This document shows positions 11,005 through 20,278 of a DNA stretch of 64,000 bases, one piece after another. Source of the DNA: Alphaproteobacteria bacterium (GTDB lineage Bacteria; Pseudomonadota; Alphaproteobacteria; UBA6615); the NCBI GenBank assembly GCA_965261975.1, contig CBDHEC010000017.1, positions 17,664 through 81,663 on the forward strand. Reading direction: 5' to 3'. The notes under the pieces are model-generated. The model did no database searches. It was not told where the DNA came from and was given only the letters and a program-made list of their open reading frames with translations. A program made the translations under genes and the position numbers. Position 1 is the first letter of the stretch; each line of letters begins with the position of its first letter.

Positions 11005-11724
11005 CTAGTAGAAGAACGACGTCAGCAGGGCGTAGACCCCGAAGCCGGCCAGTACGAACGCGACGATACGGTCCATCCAGAGCTGATACGACCCGTCGAC
11101 GAACGGACGGAAGGCGTTCGCCGTCGTCGAAAGCGCGATCCACCAGAGCGCCGAACCTGCAAACACGCCAGCCACCAGGATCGAGGCGTTGCCAATTGAC
11201 CGGCCCGCCTCGGTAAACCCGAGGGTCGCCAGCAAGCCGGCGAACGCGATAAAGGTTATCGGATTGGTAATCGCCAACATGAAGGTCGACAGGAAGTCCT
11301 TCACGAGGCTGTGGGTCACAATCCGTTTTTGAATTTTTTCGTCCGTCCCGTCGGTTACCGGATGCGCCTGAACCATCGCGACCACGGTCCGCAGCGCCAG
11401 CAGGAGCAGTATGATGCCACCGACGAGGCGCAACGCCCCCTGGTGCCCGGTGATCCAGTCCTCGACTGCAGAGATGCCGAATGCGGCGATGGCGCCGTAG
11501 AGCGCGTCACCAAAAGCCGCGCCCAGACCGGAAATCAGGCCATGCATGCGGCCCTGAGACAATGTGCGCTGCACGCACAACACACCAACCGGCCCCACCG
11601 GCAATGCGAGGAAAAACCCGAACACAATGCCCTGGATCAGAATGTAATCAGTTACGGCCAAAATACTGTGTTCCTGTTCCCCGATAGGCGTCGCTGGACG
11701 GCGCGCCCTCCCCCGACCGTTCAT
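11005..11724 (-). CDS. LysE/RhtB family translocator (start uncertain)
   Basis: ALPVGPVG..C..RTL, GLGAAFGD, AITNPIT and GVFAGSALWW motifs. Confidence 0.88.
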   Translation of the reverse strand: MNGRGRARRPATPIGEQEHSILAVTDYILIQGIVFGFFLALPVGPVGVLCVQRTLSQGRMHGLISGLGAAFGDALYGAIAAFGISAVEDWITGHQGALRLVGGIILLLLALRTVVAMVQAHPVTDGTDEKIQKRIVTHSLVKDFLSTFMLAITNPITFIAFAGLLATLGFTEAGRSIGNASILVAGVFAGSALWWIALSTTANAFRPFVDGSYQLWMDRIVAFVLAGFGVYALLTSFFY

Positions 11725-11759
11725 AGCAGATTAAGGGCGCGGTAAAAAACCGGAGGAGA

Positions 11760-12638
11760 TCAGACAATCGGTTGTGCGGCGAAATGTTGCGCCGGCGATA
11801 CAATCGCGTCGCGCGCAGCAACCAGCTCGAGCTCCGTGCCGCCCCGCCGCGCCGTCTCCGAAAGAATAGCGAACACGGTGGCCACGCTGTGTTCCAGCGC
11901 CCCGGGAAGGGAGTTGCGTGCTGCGATGGAGGCTCCAAAGAGGGCGCTGAGCAGGTCCCCCGTACCATGCGGTTCCGACGGGAAAACCAGCCGGGGAGTC
12001 TCGACGCACCAGGCCTTCGAGTCGTCGAATGCGACCACCGCGATAGTCTCCGGATTCAAATCTCGATGGTCGGCGCTGGTCACCATGACGGTGGCACCCG
12101 GTCGCATGTGCGACAAAAGCTTGCGCCCGGCTGCGACAATGTCACTGACCGGCGCCGCCTTCAGTGCACCGGCTTCAAGACCACACAACAAGGACAATTC
12201 GTACAAGTTGGGCGTCGCGATGTCCGCGACGGGAAGCGCTGCCGTTCGGAAATGATCCGGCAGTGCGCCATCCACATACACGCCGGAACCGTCATCTCCC
12301 ATTACGGGATCGCAGCAATAGACCATATCGGGATTTTCGCCCCGGACCTGGCCCACGGCGCGTGTGACCACCGCTGCAAGCGCCGGATTGCCGAGATACC
12401 CGGTGACCATCAGGTCACAATTGGGAAAAACCCCGCGATGACCGAGACCGCGAATCAGGTCCGCGACGGTCTCGGGCGGCAAGACCTGACCGCCAACATC
12501 CGGATAGCCGGCATGGTTTGAGAGGACCGCCGTGGGGACGGACCAGACTTCATGCCCAAGACACTGAAGCGGGAATGTGGCGGCCGAATTGCCGACATGG
12601 CCAAACACCACCTGAGACTGGATCGAAAGAATATGCAT
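11760..12638 (-). CDS. pdxY: Pyridoxal kinase
   Basis: ILSIQSQVVFGHVGNSAA, SNHAGY, CDPVMGD, TPNLYEL and GTGD motifs. Confidence 0.93.
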   Translation of the reverse strand: MHILSIQSQVVFGHVGNSAATFPLQCLGHEVWSVPTAVLSNHAGYPDVGGQVLPPETVADLIRGLGHRGVFPNCDLMVTGYLGNPALAAVVTRAVGQVRGENPDMVYCCDPVMGDDGSGVYVDGALPDHFRTAALPVADIATPNLYELSLLCGLEAGALKAAPVSDIVAAGRKLLSHMRPGATVMVTSADHRDLNPETIAVVAFDDSKAWCVETPRLVFPSEPHGTGDLLSALFGASIAARNSLPGALEHSVATVFAILSETARRGGTELELVAARDAIVSPAQHFAAQPIV

Positions 12639-12721
12639 CGCTGGGTATCGGTTTTGCGCTTGTCGCGGCGCCAGCACAAGAATTCGTTTGACCGACGCGA
12701 AACGCCATTGATACCTGTCGA

Positions 12722-12798
12722 ATATTGATCTGCCTGGATGCGGAGCCCGGCCAAAGACGCCTGAGAAAGAGCCTGGTGCGAAAGCACCGGGCTCTTTT
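12722..12798 (+). ncRNA. Candidate ~75-nt small RNA (boundaries approximate)
   Basis: TTGACC at 12688-12693 upstream (weak -10), no ORF, ends in a plus-oriented intrinsic terminator. Contains a near-copy of 12865-12889. Confidence 0.35.
12766..12798 (+). terminator. Intrinsic terminator with GAAA loop
   Basis: aaaGAGCCTGGTGC-GAAA-GCACCGGGCTCtttt: 11-bp stem whose U-G wobble and GNRA loop favour the plus strand, followed by a T-tract. Confidence 0.8.
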
Positions 12799-12841
12799 CA
12801 TATCCCGATAGGTCTCGCACGACCCGATGCGCAGCTTGCGG

Positions 12842-13745
12842 AAATGAAGAAGGCGCCAGGTGCATGGACGCGGAGCCCGTGACGCCTGACGCCTTCCTCG
12901 ATCTTCCAACCCCGGAGTCACCCCCGGAACTTCAGATCTTTCGGGTCCCACCCGCCGGGCTTGCGCCCCGCCGGCTTCGACCCAATACCCACATCGGCAT
13001 CCAGCTTCTCATCGCTCCGCGCGTGGGACGCACCCCTGGCCGATACGTCGTCCATCGCGCTTCGCTTTTCCGGTATCGTCCGCTTTGACACGTCCCATAC
13101 CGTCCCCGAAGGGATCGAAGCCTAGGTCAGCCGCCGTCCTGCAAACCCGTCCGATTGGTCGCCGCGGCTCCGAAGAACCGGGGTTTCCGACCGGCCGTCG
13201 TCTCGAATTCCTGGCCGGCGAGAGCCTGGATAACGAAACGCTGCCGTCCTTCCTGCGCCCCGAGCCCGCCGAAGCTGGCATCCGGGCGGAGCGCGCGCTC
13301 CGAGGAGCTTGCGCTTCCGGAAAGACCGCTGGATTGCGCAACGGTGCCTTCCTTACCGGCCGACCTCTGGCTGTGTTCTTCCGAGGAAGCACACCTCCGT
13401 CCGGTCTGCCGACCGTGCCCGACCGTTGCATGGTTGCCCATGTATCGGACCGAACACATGAATGAACATCCACCGAGGCGATCGATCCCGAAGGATCATG
13501 TCCATCCGCCGACTTTCCCCCCGACCTGGCGTCACCTTGCGGCAACCCCGTTGATCCGGCGTTCGGTTCCCGTCGATCCGGCACGCCCCCTTGGTGACCG
13601 TTCCGAACCTGTCCGAGCCAACCGCAGAGCGGCTAATCCGACCCGACAGAAACCCGTCGACACGCCAATGCGTGCACGGACATGTTCGACCGCTGCCGCA
13701 AAGGCGGCAATGTCCAATCGGCCCCGGCATCCAGTTTCTTGTGCA
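12842..13745 (-). ncRNA. Candidate large (~900 nt) highly structured non-coding RNA, family not recognised
   Basis: Minus-strand stems capped by c(UUCG)g at 13107-10, 13171-74, 13270-73, 13489-92; c(CUCG)g at 13301-04, 13382-85; GCAA at 12961-64, 13434-37, 13537-40. G-U wobbles mostly favour minus. No credible ORF. A 3' hairpin at 12849-12896 is followed by UUCAUUU. Confidence 0.6.
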
Positions 13746-13757
13746 AAACTCGCCCGG

Positions 13758-13799
13758 TAGATCACAACTCCTCCACAGGTTTTCCACACGCTACCCACG
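13758..13799. promoter_or_regulatory. Four 11-bp-phased DnaA-box-like motifs
   Basis: TAGATCACA (13758), TCCTCCACA (13769), TTTTCCACA (13780; fits TTWTNCACA), CTACCCACG (13791). Confidence 0.45.
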
Positions 13800-13848
13800 A
13801 CACCGACGCTGTGCCCGTCGATCCAAGCTGTTGCGCGCGGCAGTGTCA

Positions 13849-13878
13849 TTGACGAAACGGGGGGCGGGGGTCTAAATC
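13849..13878 (+). promoter_or_regulatory. Putative sigma70 promoter of sdhCDAB
   Basis: TTGACG at 13849-54 and TCTAAATC at 13871-78, resembling the alphaproteobacterial GCTANAWC -10 element. Confidence 0.5.
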
Positions 13879-14000
13879 TGCTTTCTAGAAATACATACGC
13901 ACGTGACCGTCACGAACGACTGTTTGACGGCGCGCGGCACACGGAAAACCACCGGAACCATTTCCCTGGTTCCGGCTTTGCAGCAAAGTCAGGGGGCATC

Positions 14001-14396
14001 ATGGCGACCGACAACAGACCGCTATCGCCGCACCTTCAGGTCTATCGCCCGCAGTTCACATCGGTGCTGTCGATCCTTCATCGCATCACGGGTATCGGCC
14101 TCGCCGTCGGCACACTGCTTTTGGTCTGGTGGCTGATCGCCGCCGCCGCAGGGCCCACGGAATTTGACGCGGTGCAGAAATTCATTGGTTCGGTCATCGG
14201 GCGAATACTGCTGCTCGCCTGGAGCTTCGCGCTCTACTATCACCTCTGCAACGGCATCCGGCATCTGGTCTGGGACGCCGGCAAGGGATTCGAACTGAGT
14301 ACCGCATTCGCTTCGGCCTGGCTGGTGGTCGTCGCCGCGAGCGTTCTCACCGTCATCAGCTGGGTCGCTGGTTACGCCAGCCTCGGAGGGCTCTAG
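14001..14396 (+). CDS. sdhC: Succinate dehydrogenase cytochrome b556 subunit
   Basis: RPLSPHLQVYR, SILHRITG and HLCNGIRHLVWD motifs. Confidence 0.97.
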   Translation: MATDNRPLSPHLQVYRPQFTSVLSILHRITGIGLAVGTLLLVWWLIAAAAGPTEFDAVQKFIGSVIGRILLLAWSFALYYHLCNGIRHLVWDAGKGFELSTAFASAWLVVVAASVLTVISWVAGYASLGGL

Positions 14397-14398
14397 AG

Positions 14399-14776
14399 AT
14401 GAACATGCGCTCCCCCCTGAGCCGCGCACGCGGCCTCGGATCCGCCAAGAGCGGCACCAACCATTGGTGGGCACAGCGACTCACGGCGCTGGCGTTGATC
14501 CCGCTCGTGATCTGGTTCGTCGTGTCCATGATTATTGTCACCGGCGCCGACCATGCAGCGGCCGTCGACTTCATCAGCAGCCCGGTCAACTCGGTTCTGC
14601 TTATCCTCCTGATCGTCGCCACATTCCATCATGGGCAACTCGGCCTGACGGTGGTGATCGAGGACTACATCCACACACGCTGGCTCGAAGTGGGCCTGAT
14701 CATCGCGGTCAAAGGCGCGGCCATTTTCCTTGGCGTCGCCTCTGTCTACGCCGTGATCGCAATCGCATTGAATTAA
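14399..14776 (+). CDS. sdhD: Succinate dehydrogenase membrane anchor subunit
   Basis: [16 protein letters not shown] and [13 protein letters not shown] motifs. Confidence 0.97.
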   Translation: MNMRSPLSRARGLGSAKSGTNHWWAQRLTALALIPLVIWFVVSMIIVTGADHAAAVDFISSPVNSVLLILLIVATFHHGQLGLTVVIEDYIHTRWLEVGLIIAVKGAAIFLGVASVYAVIAIALN

Positions 14777-14786
14777 GGAGTTAACG

Positions 14787-16580
14787 ATGGCGACCAACGG
14801 CGATTACGAGATCATCGACCATGACTACGACGTTATTGTCGTAGGCGCGGGCGGTGCCGGGTTGCGTGCCACATTCGGCATGGCGAACCAGGGCCTGAAA
14901 ACGGCATGCATCTCGAAAGTATTTCCCACACGCTCCCACACGGTGGCGGCTCAGGGCGGCATTTCGGCGGCACTCGGCAATATGGGCGAGGATGACTGGC
15001 GCTGGCACATGTACGACACCGTGAAGGGGTCGGACTGGCTGGGCGATCAGGACGCCATCGAATACATGGTGCGCGAAGCGATACCGGCGATCATCGAACT
15101 CGAGCATCAGGGCGTACCGTTCAGCCGCACCGAAGCGGGCAAAATCTACCAGCGCCCCTTCGGCGGCATGACCACCAACTATGGTGAAGGCACGGCCCAG
15201 CGCACCTGCGCGGCGGCCGACCGAACCGGCCACGCAATCCTGCACACGCTGTATCAGCAGTCGCTGCGCTACAACGCGGAATTCTTCATCGAGTATTTCG
15301 CCCTCGACCTGATCATGGAAGACGGCAAATGCCGCGGCGTTATGGCCTGGAACCTGGCCGACGGCACGATGCACCGCTTCCGTGGACACCTCGTATGCAT
15401 GGCGACGGGCGGCTACGGCCGGGCCTACTTCTCGGCCACCTCCGCGCACACCTGCACGGGCGACGGCAACGCGATGGTTGCACGCGCCGGACTGCCGCTC
15501 GAGGACATGGAGTTCGTACAGTTCCACCCGACCGGCATTTACGGTGCCGGCGCGCTGATCACCGAAGGATCGCGTGGCGAAGGCGGCTACCTCACCAACT
15601 CCGAGGGCGAGCGTTTCATGGAACGCTATGCGCCGTCCGCCAAGGACCTGGCCAGCCGCGATGTCGTCAGCCGTTCGATGACCATCGAAATGCGCGAGGG
15701 CCGCGGTGTCGGTGACGAGAAGGACCATATCCATCTCCACCTCGAACATCTCGACCCCGACGTGCTGGCCCAGCGCCTGCCCGGCATTTCCGAGACAGCG
15801 CGTATCTTCGCGGGCGTCGACGTCACCAAGGAGCCGATCCCGGTCCTGCCGACCTGCCATTACAATATGGGCGGCATCCCGACGACCTATCAGGGTCAGG
15901 TCCGGACCTGGACGGAGGATGATCCCGAGGCGGTCACGCCGGGCCTGATGGCCATCGGCGAGGCGGCCAGCGTGTCGGTGCATGGCGCCAACCGACTGGG
16001 CTCGAACTCGCTGCTCGACCTGGTCGTCTTCGGCCGGGCGGCGGCATTGCGCGCGGCCGAACTGGTCACGCCAGGCACGCCACATGAACCGCTTCCCGAG
16101 GGCGCCGGCGACGAGGCGCTCGCGCGCTTCGACAAGCTGCGCCACGCCTCGGGCAGCACGCCGACCGCGAAGCTGCGCCTCGAGATGCAACGCACGATGC
16201 AGAACAACTGCGCCGTGTTCCGCACCGGCGAGGTCTTGCAGGAAGGCGCAAGCAAACTGGACGAACTCTGGGGCGCGCGTGACGACCTGAGCGTGTCCGA
16301 TGACTCGCTGATCTGGAATTCCGACCTGGTCGAGACTCTCGAGCTCGAGAATCTGATGATGCAGGCGGTGATCACGATGAATGGCGCGAAGGAGCGCGAA
16401 GAAAGCCGCGGCGCACATGCTCGTGAAGACTTCCCCGATCGAAACGACGATGACTGGATGAAGCACACGCTTGCCTGGGTCGACGAGAAGGGCAAAGTCG
16501 ACCTCAAATATCGCCCGGTGCACCTCCAGACAATGACCAACGAAGTCCAGAGCTTCCCGCCGAAGGTGCGGTCCTACTAG
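14787..16580 (+). CDS. sdhA: Succinate dehydrogenase flavoprotein subunit
   Basis: [16 protein letters not shown] (FAD histidine), QFHPTG and [11 protein letters not shown] motifs. Confidence 0.98.
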   Translation: MATNGDYEIIDHDYDVIVVGAGGAGLRATFGMANQGLKTACISKVFPTRSHTVAAQGGISAALGNMGEDDWRWHMYDTVKGSDWLGDQDAIEYMVREAIPAIIELEHQGVPFSRTEAGKIYQRPFGGMTTNYGEGTAQRTCAAADRTGHAILHTLYQQSLRYNAEFFIEYFALDLIMEDGKCRGVMAWNLADGTMHRFRGHLVCMATGGYGRAYFSATSAHTCTGDGNAMVARAGLPLEDMEFVQFHPTGIYGAGALITEGSRGEGGYLTNSEGERFMERYAPSAKDLASRDVVSRSMTIEMREGRGVGDEKDHIHLHLEHLDPDVLAQRLPGISETARIFAGVDVTKEPIPVLPTCHYNMGGIPTTYQGQVRTWTEDDPEAVTPGLMAIGEAASVSVHGANRLGSNSLLDLVVFGRAAALRAAELVTPGTPHEPLPEGAGDEALARFDKLRHASGSTPTAKLRLEMQRTMQNNCAVFRTGEVLQEGASKLDELWGARDDLSVSDDSLIWNSDLVETLELENLMMQAVITMNGAKEREESRGAHAREDFPDRNDDDWMKHTLAWVDEKGKVDLKYRPVHLQTMTNEVQSFPPKVRSY

Positions 16581-16611
16581 GCCGCCCCCGGCGACGAGGA
16601 GAATTTAAGAC

Positions 16612-17391
16612 ATGGCTGAGTTTACGCTGCCGAAGAATTCCAAAGTGACCGAAGGCAAGGAATGGCCCAAGCCCTCGGGTGCGACCAACACCAAGGCCTT
16701 CAAGATCTACCGCTGGTCCCCGGACAGCGGTGAGAATCCGCGGGTCGACACCTACCATATCGATCTCGATGATTGCGGGCCGATGGTCTTGGACGCGCTG
16801 ATCAAGATCAAGAACGAGGTCGACCCGACGCTCACCTTCCGGCGGTCATGCCGCGAGGGTGTGTGCGGTTCCTGTGCGATGAACATCGACGGCACCAATA
16901 CGCTGGCCTGCACCAAGTACATCGCCGACGCGAAGAAGGACGTGCGGGTCTATCCCCTGCCCCATCAGTCGGTCATCAAGGACCTGGTGCCAGACCAGAC
17001 CCATTTCTTCGCCCAGTACCGGCAGATCGAGCCCTGGCTCAAGACGGACAGTCAGCCCCCTGAGCGCGAGCGCCTGCAAAGCCCCGAAGACCGGGCCAAG
17101 ATCGACGGCATGTGGGAATGCGTCCTGTGCGCGTGCTGCTCGACATCCTGCCCGAGCTACTGGTGGAACGAGGATCGCTACCTCGGCCCGGCCATCCTGT
17201 TGCAGGCCTATCGCTGGCTCGCCGACAGCCGCGACGAGGCAACTGGCGACCGTCTCGACCAGCTGGAAGACCCGTTCCGCCTGTATCGTTGCCACACGAT
17301 CATGAACTGCACGCGCACCTGCCCGAAGAGCCTGAACCCGGCCAAGGCAATCGCAGAGATCAAGAAGATGATGGTGGAACGCCGGGTTTGA
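16612..17391 (+). CDS. sdhB: Succinate dehydrogenase iron-sulfur subunit
   Basis: [22 protein letters not shown] and [12 protein letters not shown] Fe-S motifs. Confidence 0.98.
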   Translation: MAEFTLPKNSKVTEGKEWPKPSGATNTKAFKIYRWSPDSGENPRVDTYHIDLDDCGPMVLDALIKIKNEVDPTLTFRRSCREGVCGSCAMNIDGTNTLACTKYIADAKKDVRVYPLPHQSVIKDLVPDQTHFFAQYRQIEPWLKTDSQPPERERLQSPEDRAKIDGMWECVLCACCSTSCPSYWWNEDRYLGPAILLQAYRWLADSRDEATGDRLDQLEDPFRLYRCHTIMNCTRTCPKSLNPAKAIAEIKKMMVERRV

Positions 17392-18308
17392 CGATCCGGC
17401 GCGATACCAAGACCCTCGACAGGCGCGCGCGCCCAGCCCGGGCTTGCGTTAATCGAATCATCACCGCCGCGGCCCTGTCCGCGGCGGTCGTGTTTTCAGC
17501 CGCTGCCCCGGCCCATGGACAGGGCGAGGCCGAACGTGTTCCCGCCGGCCCCGCCAACATGTTCAAGCCCGGCGCCGCATTCCTGTATTACGCCGGCACC
17601 GCGGACCCGGCCCGGATCGAGGGTCTCAACGCGGCCCTCAACACAATGACCGTGCAAAGCGCGGAAACCGCCGCGGCCATGCAGTCCGTGCGGGCCGGAA
17701 TCGACAAAGGCGTGGCCGACAGCAGCCGGGACAACCTCGCGCGCACCGTGGCGACGAGCATCGAAGGCACCTTTTCCGTAGCGGTGCAGGCTGGCTTTCT
17801 GCAAGCGCTGGCCCGGACCGACCCGGCTTTCGGCCAGGTGCTGCAGACCGCGCAGATGAACATTCGTTTGCCGGACGGTGAGACGATCGATCTGCCAATC
17901 CTGCTGGCCGCCGCCGTGCACTCATTGAGTGTGGTCAGCGCCGGCAAAAGAATGCGCAGCGAAAGCCTGCCGCGCGACCTGGCGGGCAGCTATGAACTGC
18001 AGGCGACAGGCACCTGCTCCGTGCCGGACGGCATGATCCAGATTTCCCAGCAGGATTTCGTCATCGAGGGCGTCAGCGAAGACCGGCTGACCCTCTTCGG
18101 GGCCGTGGGTGACGGAAGCGTCTATCTGTTCTCGAACGAGCAACGCTTCGCCCGGGTCACGGACAATGCCGGCAATACACCGCAAATCGACGTCCCGGAT
18201 ACCCCGTCCGACCTGTTCGAGGCTGAACTGCCGGCAAAGGGCGAACCAATCACTTTCCAAAGCATTGCGCGCGGTGCATGCAGCTTCACCTTGACGCCAG
18301 CTTCATAG
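17388..18308 (+). CDS. Hypothetical exported protein (start uncertain; TTG overlapping sdhB stop is plausible)
   Basis: Signal-peptide-like [22 protein letters not shown], normal GC-rich codon pattern, two Cys in the C-terminal half. No family recognised. Confidence 0.7.
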   Translation: MTIRRDTKTLDRRARPARACVNRIITAAALSAAVVFSAAAPAHGQGEAERVPAGPANMFKPGAAFLYYAGTADPARIEGLNAALNTMTVQSAETAAAMQSVRAGIDKGVADSSRDNLARTVATSIEGTFSVAVQAGFLQALARTDPAFGQVLQTAQMNIRLPDGETIDLPILLAAAVHSLSVVSAGKRMRSESLPRDLAGSYELQATGTCSVPDGMIQISQQDFVIEGVSEDRLTLFGAVGDGSVYLFSNEQRFARVTDNAGNTPQIDVPDTPSDLFEAELPAKGEPITFQSIARGACSFTLTPAS

Positions 18309-18327
18309 ACAAACGGGAAGCCGCCGC

Positions 18328-18954
18328 ATGTTCATACCGGACCTGTTTCGCGAAACCGACAACGCTGTCCTGCATGAGCTGATTGCAACCAATCCGTTCG
18401 GAATTTTGATTGGCCAATATGATGGCGAGCCGTTCGCGACCCACATACCCTTCATGCTCGATCGCGCAACCGGGCCTAACGGCACCCTGATCGGCCATGT
18501 GGCGAGGAACAATCCGCATGGTTCACTCTTCGATGGCACCACGAGCTTGCTGGCCATCTTCGAGGGGCCACACGCCTATGTTTCGCCGCGCTGGTACAAT
18601 CCCGGCAATGCTGTCCCCACCTGGAACTATGCCGTCGTACACGCCTATGGGACAGCGCAGGAAGTGACCGACATCGACACCGTGCGTGCTCATCAGGAAG
18701 CGCTCATCGCGGCTTTCGAGGGCAATGCCCCGGGCGCATGGACAATGGATGAACAGCCCGAGCGCTACATCGAGGGAATGCTCCGCGGCGTGAGCGCGTT
18801 CGAAATACCCATCGACCGGCTCGAAGGCAAGTTCAAGCTGAGCCAGAACCGGCCCGAGGCCGACCGCGCCAATGTTGCAAGCGAGTTGGCGAAAAGTACC
18901 CGCGAGACAGACCGAAACCTGGCCGCCCTGATGCAGGCACGCGCAGACCGATAG
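18328..18954 (+). CDS. FMN-binding negative transcriptional regulator (PaiB family)
   Basis: ATHIPF, GHVARNNP, HAYVSPRWY, VPTWNY and GKFKLSQNR motifs. Confidence 0.92.
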   Translation: MFIPDLFRETDNAVLHELIATNPFGILIGQYDGEPFATHIPFMLDRATGPNGTLIGHVARNNPHGSLFDGTTSLLAIFEGPHAYVSPRWYNPGNAVPTWNYAVVHAYGTAQEVTDIDTVRAHQEALIAAFEGNAPGAWTMDEQPERYIEGMLRGVSAFEIPIDRLEGKFKLSQNRPEADRANVASELAKSTRETDRNLAALMQARADR

Positions 18955-18957
18955 CCG

Positions 18958-19308
18958 CTATTTGACCCGCCGCAAATGTGGCGGTTTGCGATCCTGCTTC
19001 GGTGGCCCGCTGTCATGCGGCCCGCTGCCGCCGGATCGCCGTCGCATCAACCGATACAAATAGAAAACACCCATGGTGACGATCAGCGCGCCGACGAGCC
19101 TCAGACAGGTCTGGGCGATCAACCCCTGCAGATCCAGAAACGAGACCCGGCCCAGCGCCAAGGCAAATATCTGTACCGCAAGCCCCCAGAGGACCGCATA
19201 CTTGAAGGCTCGCCATGGCGTTGTGGCGTAGACGCCAAGACCGATATAACCGGCCAGTGCGATCGGGCTCGCGGTAAGTTCTAGGGCGAGGTTCAGGTAT
19301 GAAAGCAT
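18958..19308 (-). CDS. Small hypothetical membrane protein
   Basis: 116 aa, about three hydrophobic segments, C-terminal PPHLRRVK tail. Confidence 0.7.
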   Translation of the reverse strand: MLSYLNLALELTASPIALAGYIGLGVYATTPWRAFKYAVLWGLAVQIFALALGRVSFLDLQGLIAQTCLRLVGALIVTMGVFYLYRLMRRRSGGSGPHDSGPPKQDRKPPHLRRVK

Positions 19309-19473
19309 CGGTCGGTCCGGCGGTTAACAAGCCGCTTGAATCTAGCGACAAACACCTTGCGTCACCAGCCGGGATACCCCCTTGCGGGAACAACCGCCCG
19401 CGCCTACTCGTCTGTCAGCACCATGCGAGCTATAATCGCCTGAACGACAAATACATTGGCCGGGAGCCGCGCC

Positions 19474-20277
19474 ATGGAACTGACCCAGGAACAGCTCGAA
19501 CAATTCGACTCCGAAGGCTGGGTGTTTTTGCCCGACGTGTTCAGCCAGGCGGAAATGGACGTCCTGTCAGGCGAGTTGCCGGAAATCTTCGCGATGGATC
19601 GCGATGAAGTCTGGCGCGAATCCAATGGCGAGGCCGTGCGCACCGCATTTGCCGCCCATTACTACAACGAGGCGTTCCGCCGCCTGGGCCGCCACCCGCG
19701 TCTGATCGGCCCGGTGCAGCAGCTGCTCGACGGCGATGTCTACATGCACCAGTACAAGATCAACGGGAAGGCCGCCTTCGACGGCGATGTCTGGCAATGG
19801 CATCAGGATTACGGGACCTGGGCGCGCGACGACAAGATGCCCGAGGCCCGGGCCATGAACATCGCGCTGTTCATCGACGAGGTGACCGAATTCAACGGCC
19901 CTCTCTACCTGATCCCGCGCAGCCACAAGGGTGGCGTGATCGAAGCCGGGCATGACCTCGCCACCACGTCATACCCGCTGTGGACCCTCGACAAGGAAAA
20001 CGTCGCGAAGCTGGCCGAAGAAGGCGGCATGATCGCGCCCAAGGGCAAACCGGGCTCGGTCCTGCTGTTCCATTCGAACCTCGTACATGCCTCGGCGCCG
20101 AACATCAGCCCCTGGGGCCGGGTGATCGTCTATCTGAGCCTGTGCCATGTCGACAACCACATCCGCCAGTTCAAGCGCGAGGAATGGATCGCCCACCGCG
20201 ACTTCACGCCGATCGAGCCACTCGACGACGATTGCCTGCTGGAACTCGCCCGGGAGCGTGCGACGGCAGCGGAGTAG
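19474..20277 (+). CDS. PhyH-family Fe(II)/2-oxoglutarate dioxygenase (EctD/proline hydroxylase-like)
   Basis: HQYKINGK, WQWHQDYGTW (HxD), NGPL and FHSNLVHAS (distal His) motifs. Confidence 0.88.
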   Translation: MELTQEQLEQFDSEGWVFLPDVFSQAEMDVLSGELPEIFAMDRDEVWRESNGEAVRTAFAAHYYNEAFRRLGRHPRLIGPVQQLLDGDVYMHQYKINGKAAFDGDVWQWHQDYGTWARDDKMPEARAMNIALFIDEVTEFNGPLYLIPRSHKGGVIEAGHDLATTSYPLWTLDKENVAKLAEEGGMIAPKGKPGSVLLFHSNLVHASAPNISPWGRVIVYLSLCHVDNHIRQFKREEWIAHRDFTPIEPLDDDCLLELARERATAAE

Positions 20278-20278
20278 C

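Noticed and set aside
13505-13735. Resemblance of the large element to RNase P RNA (GGGGGAAAGTCGG) or tmRNA (GGGGCCGATT)
   Set aside because: No GAGGAAAGTCCGGGC/ACAGAACCCGGCTTA pair on one strand, and no tRNA-like acceptor/T-arm ending in CCACCA or tag-peptide frame.
12734-13739. CRISPR array or IS element interpretation of the repeats
   Set aside because: Repeats are only 2-3 short copies with irregular spacing. No cas gene or transposase nearby and no obvious target-site duplication.
13742-13757. Sigma54 promoter for the large RNA (minus strand CCGGGCGAGTTTTGCA)
   Set aside because: GG-to-GC spacing is 8-9 nt rather than the required 10.
12864-13875. Overlapping ORFs of 74-201 aa on both strands in the pdxY-sdhC gap
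   Set aside because: Arg/Pro/Ser-rich, no recognisable motifs or convincing RBS, and mutually overlapping. The hairpin pattern explains the region better.
14781-16523. Long antisense ORF over sdhA (likewise over mdh, sucB, lpdA, priA, atpA, ctpA)
   Set aside because: Shadow ORFs produced by high-GC codon bias on the opposite strand of well-recognised genes.
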